Origin: Myxococcota bacterium
GTDB lineage: Bacteria > Myxococcota_A > SURF-8 > G963663525
Length of the DNA: 64,000 nucleotides
Reading direction: 5' to 3'
Assembly (NCBI GenBank): GCA_963676915.2
Contig: CAXXVK010000043.1
Coordinates: 64,001 to 128,000 of the forward strand
Below the pieces are notes generated by a model. That model was not told where the DNA came from. It made no database searches and saw only the letters and a program-made list of their open reading frames with translations. The translations under genes were made by a program, and so were the position numbers. Positions 18,572 through 30,200 of the stretch are shown here, one piece after another. The number at the start of each line of letters is the position of its first letter. Within the stretch, counting starts at the first letter, position 1.

Positions 18572-19690
18572 TTATAGTTCTCGTTCGCCGGATTCGTGCT
18601 CGGCTTCTTTTTGGGTCTGTTCCAACTCTTCCGTGACGATTTCGGTGCTGGCGGCACTGGGTGGAATGCGAGCCGAGTGCTTGACGCCGATCAATCGACC
18701 GCTCAGGCGTTTTCGGTTACGGATTTTGGCCCCGCTGAAGACGATGCTTTCCAATAATTCCACTTTTTTTCCGACCTGGGTTCCGTTCCCCAGAATCACG
18801 TACGGGCCGATGGTCGAGTTGGGACCGATTTTCGTGTTGTGTCCGATCAATACGGGAGGGCGGATGTCGATATTGTCACCCAACTCGACGTTTTCGCCCA
18901 TGATAACCCCGCCGCCGGTAGTGTTTTTGGGCTTGAGTGGGTACGGTTCGAAGGGATCGAGGTACGACAACCGGATACTATCGTCCAAAAATCCCATGTT
19001 GGTTCGGTAGTAGGTTTCCAGTGTGCCGGTATCGTGCCATGGGCCTTCTACGAAATCGCCTCGGATCGACTCGCCGTTTTCGATCATTTTCGGGTAAGTG
19101 TATGAATTGATACAGCTTTCTACGTGAGGAGGAATGTATTCGAAAATTTTTTGTCCGAGAATATGCACGCCGATGAAGCCACCGGCCTTTCGTGGGTCGC
19201 CGGGGTCGTGCAAACGTCCGGCGATGTTTCTCACCTGACCTTTGAGGTCGATTTCGATCGGTGAGTATTTTTTCAGGTCCATCGAACTGCTCAACAGCAT
19301 CGTGGCGGCGCTTTCGCTTTCCCGATGGCGCTCAATGGCTTGCCGGAGATCGAATTCCATCAATGCGTCGGCATTGGCGACGACGAACGTTTCCTCGTTT
19401 TCGAAAAAAGCTTCGACGTTTTTGATGCCGCCGCCGGTTCCGAGGATTTCCGTCTCGTGTGCGTACACAAGATTCGGAAGACTTCCACCACCGGTACCGA
19501 GGGTTTGTTCGATGCTTTCCCCGAGATGGTGCAGGTTGATCATGACTTCATCGATTCCCTGTGATTTCAGGAAGTTGAGCATGAACAGAATCGATGGGAC
19601 GTTGGCGATGGGTATGCAAGGTTTTGGAATTTCGTCGGTCAACGGAGCCAGACGAGTTCCGAATCCTGCGGCAAGAACCATTGCTTTCAT
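18572..19690 (-). CDS. Nucleotidyltransferase (MurU-like / NDP-sugar synthase) with C-terminal hexapeptide repeats
   Basis: 'KAMVLAAGFGTRLAPLT..PKP', 'ILGTGGG', 'WHDTGT'. Lies directly downstream of an amgK-like gene. Confidence 0.85.
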   Translation of the reverse strand: MKAMVLAAGFGTRLAPLTDEIPKPCIPIANVPSILFMLNFLKSQGIDEVMINLHHLGESIEQTLGTGGGSLPNLVYAHETEILGTGGGIKNVEAFFENEETFVVANADALMEFDLRQAIERHRESESAATMLLSSSMDLKKYSPIEIDLKGQVRNIAGRLHDPGDPRKAGGFIGVHILGQKIFEYIPPHVESCINSYTYPKMIENGESIRGDFVEGPWHDTGTLETYYRTNMGFLDDSIRLSYLDPFEPYPLKPKNTTGGGVIMGENVELGDNIDIRPPVLIGHNTKIGPNSTIGPYVILGNGTQVGKKVELLESIVFSGAKIRNRKRLSGRLIGVKHSARIPPSAASTEIVTEELEQTQKEAEHESGEREL

Positions 19691-20740
19691 TGCCGAAGCC
19701 TTTCTTCGTATCCTCCCAGAATTTCTCGAACGATTTCCATGCCTTCGACGTTGTTCAACAGGAGTTTCACGTAGTCCAAAGTATCCGGCAGGTATTGGAG
19801 AAAACTGGGATTGTTGCGTACTCTGTCGATGAACACGAAGCGTCCGGCATCCTTCGTTTTTCGTTGCAGAGCTTGGGTGTAGAATTGCTCTTTGAAGCTG
19901 TCGGTGTCGAAGGTCGAGCCGAAAGTCTCTTTAAAACGGCGGATGTAGTCGTCGATCAGATTTTCTCGAAGCGTTTCGGACAGCACGATGTAGCTGTCGA
20001 ACAGCAAGGCCGTCAGGTCGTAAGGCCAGGGGCCGTACCAAGGTGTCCTGAAAATCGATCAGCGCCAATTTCTCGTTTCGAATCATCAGGTTACGGCTTT
20101 GAAAGTCGCGGTGAACCAGGATTTGAGGAAACGAAAGCAAACGGTCGCAGACCTTGGAATAAGCTTCTCGGCAGGTGGATCGTTCCGCCGGGGTCATGGT
20201 GAGGTCATACAGCGCTTCGATACCCCATTCCAGGTAATGCTCGAATTCCCACAGCAGCAGTTCCTTGTCGAAACGTCTTTGAATTCCTGATGCTTCGGCA
20301 TGTTTCGCGTTGTGAGATTGGAATTGGACCAACAGATCGATAGCCTGACCGTACCATCGGCGTCGCTCGGAATCATCGGCGTGCAGAACGGCATCCATCA
20401 ACAGGGTGTCGCCCAGGTCTTCGAGAAACACCATGCCGTGCTCCACATCGGCCAGCAACACATTGGGAACCGGTAGTTTTCCCTCGGAAAGATAGCGTTG
20501 CACGGTCAGGAACGGGAGTTCCTCGATGCGTTCATCTGCGCTCGTGGCTTCGTCCGAAACCAAAGCTTGTTCGGGTTCGAACTTCATCAGCACTATGGAA
20601 GAAGGAACAGTGCTCCCATCTGTAACAATGCGAAAATACTCGCGAGTCGAGGCGTCACCGGCCATTTTTTGTACCGAAAATCCCGATTCCGGCGTACCGG
20701 TAATTTGGTGCACGTACGGCACGAGTCCATTGCGATCCAT
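19687..20740 (-). pseudogene. amgK: AmgK-like anomeric MurNAc/GlcNAc kinase (APH family), split by a +1 frameshift near 20035-20040 (pseudogene or assembly error)
   Basis: 'AGDASTREYFR', 'LEDLGD', 'HRDFQSRNLM', 'IDFQD' in one frame. The expected 'GPWPYDLTALLFDSY..QRKTKDAGRF' continues in the next frame. Confidence 0.8.
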
Positions 20741-20904
20741 GCGTCCTCCGTGGCGGGTCGTTCGTTGCGAGTCATGAGGGAAAATATCATCGCCGAGTAA
20801 ACTGTGTCAAGCCAGCGTGAACAAGCGGGGGGCTCGCGGATGCAAGGAATTGAATTTGCATTTGATTGCAGGATTTTAGAAGAGTGAAAAAAGTCTCAAA
20901 AACG

Positions 20905-20986
20905 TGTCAATCACTGACAATTCAAACCAAAGAGTGTGAAATCGCGTTTTGATCATCAATCCTCACGTTTTGGTGTGGCAATTGCA
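20905..20986 (+). promoter_or_regulatory. Possible upstream palindrome plus weak sigma54-type promoter for the giant gene
   Basis: TGTCA-N5-TGACA at 20905-20919; TGGTGTGGCAATTGCA (GG-N10-GC) at 20971-20986. Confidence 0.25.
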
Positions 20987-21220
20987 TTTCATCTTTTTGA
21001 GGAAAACGTTTCAGGACACTTGCTGCATGTTCGAGAATCGATACAATAGAAGGATTGAACCAATAATCCCGTGTAAGTCAACGGTTAGCGGTTGCGTATC
21101 GTTGAGTTCCAAATCGAAATGGAAACGGGTTCGATCCGGAACATGGTGTTTTCTATGAAAAAAGTGCATAATCATTGGAATCATTTCCGATTTTTCTTCC
21201 CCCCCCGTATAGGTGATGTC

Positions 21221-24200
21221 ATGAAAGCCTTAACCACCTCGAAAAATATTTTCCTGTTTACCTTGGCGGTAATGCTCTGTTGCATTGGATGGGTTCAACC
21301 CGCATGGGGTGAATGCATCGATCCGTCCGTGCGCATTATTCCCAGCGGTGGAGACTATTGCGGCAACGATTTGACGATTTCCGGTACTGTACCGGTCGAA
21401 TTGCACGGAAAGCATTACAACGTCGGTGTTTTCAAGGTCGAGGACGGTGCTACGCTTCGTGTTCCCTCTGTGGCAGATGGTGGTGGGCAACTGGAAATCC
21501 ATGCGGTGGATGTTATCATCGAAGGCTTGATCGATGCCAACTCTTCGGGGTGGTCCGGTGGTCTTGGTGGGGGGGGTGCCAGATCACTCCAGCTCTACTT
21601 CGAGTTTTAATTTAGGTGCCGGAAAAGCCGGAGGAGATGGTGAAGGACCGGCTGGGGGAAAAGCCGGAACGTTCGGAGACAGTGGAGTTTACGTTCCGAC
21701 TGGAGAGGTTCCCAATGGTGCGGTGATCGATAAATACTATTCCGGTGGTGGTGGTGCCGGTGGCGGTTCGGGAGGAGCCAACGCGACAGCCGGATGCAAA
21801 GGTGGATATGGCGAAAAATCCGAAACGATTCCGGTTTCTCCTTATGAATACAATGCCGGTGGTGATGGCGGAGACGCTCCGCCCGCTTTGGAACCTCCGA
21901 GTGCCGAAAATATCGGAGTAAATATCGGTTCCGGCGGTGGTGGTGCCGGTGGTGCCGGTTCAGGAGCTTGGGAGCCTGGGTACAAGAACAACGAATATGA
22001 AAATGAAGCTGACACGAATTGGTGGGATGATCTCTGGTACTGGGCTTCTGGGGATACCAGTGGCCTAGGGCGGGTTTTCATGCGAGCCCATGGCGATGAA
22101 CGAACCGGTTTCTGGACATATGCAGGAAAAGATTCCGACGAGTGGGATGCTTATGTTTATTGGGGATATTTGTGGGACTGGAACCAGTACGCCGGGCTGA
22201 ATCGAGACGGAAGTGGTGGCAGTGGCGGGATCGGCGGTGGCGCGGTGATCCTTGTCGCCGAAGATGAGTTGAAAGTTTTGGGCAATGGTCGAATTCAGGC
22301 CAGAGGCGGTGATGGTGGGGCGGCAGGTGAAGGTTACGCCCCGATTCAAACGGATTACAAGAGCCTGAACGGTGGCGATCCGAATTTCAAGTTTGGATAT
22401 CGCGGTCAGAAAATAGCCGATTATTGTTACAAGAAAAAGTGCCTAGAGGAAATTTTTGGAGTATGTGTCGATCGATACTGTGACAAGAAGATTCAATTGT
22501 ATCGATTTTTGATGGGTAGTGGTTCCGGTTCCGGTGCGGGCGGTGGTTCCGGTGGTGGAATCAGCCTGTTCGGTAAAACCGTTACTATCGAGAAACGAAG
22601 CGACAATTACTGGCGGTTCGACGTTCTCGGTGGTGCCGGTGGCGCTGGTTGGGGTGGAAATTCCGGATATTCGAACCTGGGGGATCCTCTTGGAAAATGG
22701 GGAGACACCGACCCTCATAACGGTGGTTACGGTGGATATGGCCAGGTAAAAATCAATTATATGACCGGTGGCGGTTTTTACTGTGACGCAGTTGGTGGTG
22801 CGACCTGTACGACGGCAGCTGATGTCAACGAATTGATTCTCAGCGATTCCAGTTCGGAGCGATGTGGGGAGCCGCTGCTGTTGGATCTGGTTCCGGGAAG
22901 TATTGAATCCGGTATTACAGGAACGGTGAAAATCGGTGCTCGGGAATACGGTACGAACATCCCGCTGGCGATGAATTACAATTTCAACGGGAATCCTTTC
23001 GTAACGGCGACCTCTCCCGTTGGAGACGAGTACACGGTGCATTCCTGGCCCAAAGGCACGTCAAAGAGCGTATTCTCTGCTGGGGCGATTCTGGAAGACC
23101 AGAACGATCCGGGGCAGTTTTATGAGTTCATTCAATGGACCCATCCCCAGTTGGGGCTTTTCGAGTTGGGTAATGATAATCTGATTCACGACGATTCGCC
23201 CTCGACGGATGCCTTTGTCAGCTATTGGCAGAACGTGAACGGCTGGCGTTGGACCGGCGTGGATGACGATATATGGGAGAACCCCAGCAACTGGACTGAA
23301 GACGGACTGCCAACCACGAGCTATCCGGGTGAAAACGGCTACGATGGGAAAAATATCTATATCGATTCTTCTCTCGTAGAAGCGCCCTACAACTGGCCAC
23401 ACATTACCACCAATCGTCCCGCCGGTAAAAGCATGGCGATCACGACCGGCGCGAAAGTGTATTTCGCCAACCACAACACCGAGCTTTATCTTTTCGACAG
23501 TCTCAACGTGCAGGGTGACATTATTGGACCTTCGGGGCAGGCCACCGATGCCGATCGAGCAAAGCTGACGGTGATGGGAAACATCGTTTTCCCGCAGACG
23601 ACGGGTGGATTGTCTGGAGCGATTTATGCCGAGCATCTCGATATTTTCCTTTATGGCAACCTTACCATGGATACGTACTCGCTGATTCGGCAGAATCCGT
23701 CGAATACCAGCGATCCGGAACAGAAGGCGGACGGTCGGTTTATTCTGGTCGGTTCCGATCCTACGAATTTCGATTTCTCGTCGTTTAAAGCTGCGACGGG
23801 AGGAGGGGAACCCGCTTACTCCGAATTGACGTTTACCGGAACCGTTTCCTCCGGTGGATTGGTGATAATTACGGACAATGAAAACGCAACCCAGGATACC
23901 TATGAGTTCGTTTCCACCGCAGGAGATGCTGCAGCGGGACATATCGAAGTCCTTTTGGGATTAGACGATGATGAATCGTTGGAGAATCTCTTCAATGCAA
24001 TGGTGGCTTCTGGAACGGTTTCTCTGTATTACATCCGATCCTATGGTTATATAAAAATTTACAATGCCGATGGTCCTCAAGGGAGCATCGTCGCCGGTGG
24101 ACAGGATATTTCCCTTTCTACAGACAGTCTCGACAACGTCTACTGGAGCCGGTCTTCGCTCAAGCCGGACTTGGACAATGTTTGGGGTAATGTCGATTCC

Positions 24201-27200
24201 GGTTTCCTTGTTCGGACATTGATTGTCGCTAAGAATCTCGCTTACACGGGAGAGGGCGACATCGATTGGGACCAGATGAAGCTTCGAGCCTTCACGGTCA
24301 ATCGCGATTTCGGAAAGACCTATTCTTTGTCGAATGAAGTGGACACACTGGGTGTGGATCCCGGTAGTTCCAATACGGGAAATTGCCAGCTTTCCGGTGA
24401 GACGGCTTATTGCGATGGGGCTTCGATCGATCCGGCATCGGTCCACACGTTGATCATCATGCGTGGTGTGATGATGCTCGAAGGCCACAATCTGTATGTC
24501 AGCGATCGGTTGGAAATCGGTTCGACCGAAGGTACGCTTACCGGTGGAGAAGGTCGGTTGATTCTCGGATCTTCGGGTAAGGTGACCTACAGCCTTTTAG
24601 GAGACGTGAGCGAATTACCCTTGCTTGCGGACAAGTGGGTAAAAATTACCGTTGCCGAAGATGATTACAATCAATATGTCTTCAAAATGCCTCCGGTTCC
24701 TGCCGATCCAGGCGATGGAAAAACACATTACGTAAAAATCGGCAGCACTGTGGAGCATACAGTTGGATACCTTGCCGATGCAATCAACAATTACGGCAGC
24801 TACTCGTTGAGAGCGGAGCCAGATAGCACGGCGAACAATATTCTCGGTCTGTACAACGCGGACTCGCCGGGTGGATCGATTATCGATGGCACGCAATACG
24901 CTCTTCTTGAGCAGTCAGCAGGATTGGACGGAAAGTGGAGTCACAACAACTTCAATGAAACCGGTTCGGACAGTGAAGGCGTGGAAATTCACGTTCTAGG
25001 TTGGCACCGCCGAGAAAACAGCACCGACCACGAAGGTGGAGCGTTGATGTTCAAACTCGAGAAAAACGCCGAACTCGATCTTGGTAGCGGTGCGTTGTAT
25101 ATCGAACCGTTGCAGCAAGCTTATGGAATCGAGATGCCGCAATGGGCGACCGGTGCGACGGTTGACGAAAACGATGTGGCGATTCAGATCTTCGGTCGCT
25201 TGGAGATGGGTAGTGGATCGGTTATTTACGGTGATAACGGCTTGGAAGATTCCGGTATCTCGATGAAATTGTTCTCCGATTCCTATATGCGGGGTATTGA
25301 AGCCAGAGTCGAACTTGATTCAAGTCTGATCAACGATGCGGGGATGTTCTCGGATCGGGTGAATCTGATGTTTGTGGATTCCGATCTCGTGCTGGGTTAT
25401 GGAGATACTTCTCTGTTGCCGACGGACCAGTGGTGCATCGACCATGGTGGATGTCTCGATGAGCCGTTTGCTTTCGAAACCCGCACGGCCTTCAATTTCG
25501 ACACGCTGACCACGATTACCAGCTACGCTTCGGTATACATCGATACGGCTGCGATTTTAACAGAGATTTCCACCATTGGGGATTCCGAGGATCTCTGGTA
25601 CGAAAAGCTAGGAGCGGGAGCCATCTGGCGATTTGCCTGGATGCCACTCGATGCTGCTGCATCCGATCCCATTGAAGCGAACATTCCGTCTGTTCGACTG
25701 TTTGGTTCCTTGCCGGTGGGTGATCTGATTATCGAAACCGAACGGTTTATCGTCAATGAACCGATGGCTTCATGGACGGAAAACGAAGAAAAACTTTATG
25801 CGGGTATGTTCTTGTTGGGGAGCACTTTCAGAGTGCAACCGTATCTCTATCGTTCCTCCGATCCTGATAATTCCATCGACCCATTGTATCGGCAGTCAAC
25901 CTTTATCATGAAGCCCGGTTCGTGGTTGCGTCCGAACGATTCCGCTGTGCTCGATTTCACGGGTGCGAGAGTTGAGATGGTCGGAACGAGCGACAATCCG
26001 ATCCATCTAAAGGTTGCCTGGGATGAGAACGCGGAAGGCGGCCCCTGGTATTACGAACATTACTGGCAATTTTACGCCCATGAGAGCTATCAGGCGATCG
26101 ATCCCTTCCCCAACCTGGACGAAGAACCTCCGGTAGCATTCGGTGAAGATGATGTGGGAGTGGCAAGCACGTATCTCAAGGTTAAATATGCGGAAATCGG
26201 CAACTTGAGAGACAGTGGAATTTCCCTGACCGAACATACGCTTTTGGAAAAAGGTTATGCTTTCGACAATTGCAAGCTGTTCAATGCCTACCAGGGAACC
26301 ATGTTGGATGTGTTGTCCGCGTACATGGTCGAGACCGATCCGGCCAAACAATGGCCTGCCTCGTTGAGTTGGGATCTCGACACCTATTCCTTCATCGAAA
26401 TGACGGATGTTGAGTTCGAAGCTCCTCCGCTCGAAGAAGGATCTGGACTGACGGAACAACAACTCTTGGATATTCTCTCATACAACGGCTTGCGCAATGC
26501 AAGGCGAGGAGCCGAAGGATATCTGCGATTCAATTATTCCGGGACCGTAAGTCACGCAGGATTCTGCGACGATGGCGATCCCGTGCTTTTGGGTAACTTG
26601 GCCGGTGAGCGCTATGACCAAGACCCCGACAAGCGGGTTTTCTGGCCCATTTCAGCTCCGGTTGTCAAATTCTATTCCAAAACAGATGAATTTGCCCGTT
26701 TGAACTCGGAAACGGGTGCGATTACCTGGCAGGTGACGCACATGGATACCCTCCAGGATTTCGATGGCAGCTTCCATACCGAAAACCTGACGTATTCCAT
26801 TCGTGAAGTGACCAAGTATCCCGATACCGGTTCCGGTGATACCTATGTAACGCTGGATTCTCCCTGGCTGGCAACGCCGAGCGGTACTCCGTATCCGCCG
26901 GACGATCTCGACATGTGGCTGGCGCTGGCGGACTGGCCGAGCGTAAAGACCTACGTTTTCGAGGCGGGTCAATACGGTTTCGAAGTCAAGGCGCGCATGG
27001 AATATCCGCTGTTCGATGGTGTGATTCCACCTCTTGAAACGTCCTATCGAGGTACCTGCAAATGGGTCGATACAGACCCGACCCCGGCATCCAATATTTA
27101 CGTGCCGATTCGCAAGGGACCGGATTCGGCAGATCCGCTGGAGGCGAAAGCCAATCATGCCACCGATCCGCACAGTTACATGAAAGTGGTGTGGAAAGGA

Positions 27201-30200
27201 CACGATCCGAATGCAGAAGATCGTGACTACGGCGTGTTCCGTGCCGATTACGATCCAGAAAGTTCAACGCCCTACAATGGTCGTTACCAGCCGGTCAGTG
27301 GATTTTTCGATGACTTCTCTGACGGGAATTTCTCCGAAAGCCCGTCCTGGAGTATGAACGGAAACTCGCAGTCGCTTTCCTACTGGTCTGCCTCGAATCA
27401 ATATCTCTCCTTTGATACGGAAGGTGGGACATATTACAACGATCACCCCATTGCTTATCCCAACCTGACGACATCTCGTGCGAATTGCGATACGGACGAT
27501 GATTGCTCCGAGGGCTATGAATGCTCGATCTACAATCGCTGCATTCCCATTGGTTATCAACCGGGGTTGATGGAAAAATGCTCGCCGGGTCTGTACGATT
27601 GTCAGCAAGCGCTTGAATGCAAAGACCTGAATGGTGTGTCTCGTTGTCTGACGGACAACTACATGTTCAGTTTCGGTTTCCTGCGGGATGGCAACGAAGA
27701 TGATGGTGGTTTGCAGATCGTCTTCAGTTGGTTGGGGCGTCAAGTGGTGTGGGAATTGCACCAGGAGCATCCGGCGGATAGCGGTATTTTCGAAAACCGT
27801 CTCTATGGTGTGAAAAAACTGGGCGTATCGGACTATTACCATGTGGAAGATCGATACCGGACCGATCAGGATGCCTTCGGCATTATTCCTCTCAACGACT
27901 GGATGACCGTCAAGATCCGTGTGGCGGGAGATAGTGCCTATGGTTATGTCGACGACCGGCTTTTCTGGCAGGTGGAAGACGCGTTGGCCTGCGTTGGAGG
28001 AACCTGTTCCTCGACTGGTGATTGCATCGCTTCTGTTGGAAGTGACTACGTGTGTGATGGTGGCGTGTGTGTGGGACACGGTTTGTGCGATACGGACAAT
28101 TTCTCCTGCACGGAAACCGGATATGCCTGCGAACCGCAAATTTTCGACAAAGCTTGGGCGGATAACGATCATAAGAGCGTGTTGAGTTGGTTCACCTCAA
28201 CGGGCTATGCCGAAACCTATCCGGTTGGTATTGCCGTAGACGATGCTACGGTTCGTATCGATAACGTCGAGTTCACACCGTTTTCCAACGATCAGATGGT
28301 TCCCGGAAGTTCAACGGACCTGAGGTACTATTACGAAGACGTTACCGCAATCGACCAGTCGACTCCGAATGCTCCGACATTCACCTACGGTGGGTTGGAT
28401 TCGGTGGTTAACGAAAGCGGCGATGCTCTTGGAATCAAGGTCGCTTGGGATGACAATGGAGACAAGGGAACCGATTATTATTACTACGTTATCGGGTACG
28501 ATTACACCGGTAACGAGAGCAACCTCCTTAGCAATATGGGCTTGGAAAAAGGTGAAGTTGTCCAGTACAACAATGGAGCGGCGAATGATTTGACGCTCCA
28601 AGATCTTTCCTGTTTCTCCGGTCAGTATTGCGCCAAAGCCGCCATTAGTGGAGGAGGTTATTACGGTCGATATCTTATCGACAACAACGCCGGGGATACT
28701 CTGTCATTGGCAGATTCCACCGACCCGCTGTTGATTCTTTCTCGTTACTATCAAGTTCCGTTGTCGGGAAGCCAATGGGCCAATCCTGGCTTGATCTCTG
28801 TCCAGTACACCTCCGGCACCGTGAAAACTCCTGATGATGCCACCATCGTCTATGCTACGGGTGACCGCTGGGATCGTCTCTGGACCGGTGTGGAGATCAA
28901 TCCCTCTCAGCCCATCGACACCGTGGAAATTGCTACCTATGCGTTCGATGGCGCTTCTTTGAATATGTCGCTCGACGATAACCGGCTGCATAAAGCTGTC
29001 AAAGGATCGTTGATTTCTGGAACGTATTCGTATCCGACTTTGGGACGTCTTCAAGGTGACGATGCCTGCCGGGACAATTGGAGTTTCGGTACGACGGTGG
29101 AATACGTGGATGGGACGACATCCTATTCCTGGACGCCAAACGGTTTCGAGCCGAACGCCGGTTTTGCCAGCCGAGTACGTGCTTGCGATGCCCGGTCGAA
29201 CTGTTCGGAATGGGTTGGACGAAACGATTGTACCGGACCGACGGATTGTTACGTGGCTGCTGACGAAATCTGCAAGAATTTCGGGAACAGTGTTGTGCAA
29301 TGCGAATACCGAAGCCTTGAAACCACGACCTATTGCAATCCGGATTGTCCTGTAATTCCTGCCGATTGTGTGGAGTGTGCTTACGATACGACGGGATGTT
29401 TCTCAGACCCATCCTATCCCGATTGCAGAGCCGACGATTTCTGTGCCAATTGCGCACCCGAATGTCAATCGGCATCCTTGAACTGTGCAACTTGTCCGAA
29501 GGATTGTATTTCCACCGACCACGAGACGCTGGAGTGTATGCCGGGTATCACGAAGTTCAACTTCTCCGTAACTCCTCCGATGCCTCAGTTGTATCAGGTG
29601 TCGGGTGAAAATCCGGGTCTGCGATTGAGCTTCGAAGGGGCACCCCCATGGCCGGGCGGTGGAAAAGAAAACTCATTGAATACACTGTATCGTGTGCAGG
29701 TGTGGGAACTGGACACTGAAATCGATGATTGCAACGAAGCGCCTTCCGGAACCGGAGATCCTACGGAACTATACATTCACAATCCAAACCAAAGCGATTC
29801 GGCCATCGATGTGGCGTGTACTTCCGGCAATGACGAGGAATGCTGGGATGTGGATCGGGTTTGGGAGCTTACCGGCGATACCATCAACGATAAAAAATAC
29901 TATTGTATGCGCGTACAAGCCCGCAACGAAGAAGGTGAGCCAAGCGTAACGAGCCGATGTGTTGCAAATGCTTGTTCGAGTAGCTCGGAATGTTCTGCCG
30001 GGTACGCTTGTGATGCTTCTTTAGGAAAATGTGTGGGACATGATTCCTGCTCTGGAGAAGGTTCTTGCGGTGGTACGGAAGTATGCACCGTCGGAGCGTT
30101 CTGGTCGCCTTGGAGTAACGTAACTCGTACCAATGCTGCACCTAGCCTGAAGCCGGGAAGCACGTTGAAGGTCACTACGGGAACCGCCGTGACTTCTGAT

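Noticed and set aside
21092-21610. Independent 172-aa gene upstream of the giant ORF
   Set aside because: It supplies the signal peptide and the start of the Gly-rich domain of the giant protein, so it is better explained as a frameshifted 5' part.
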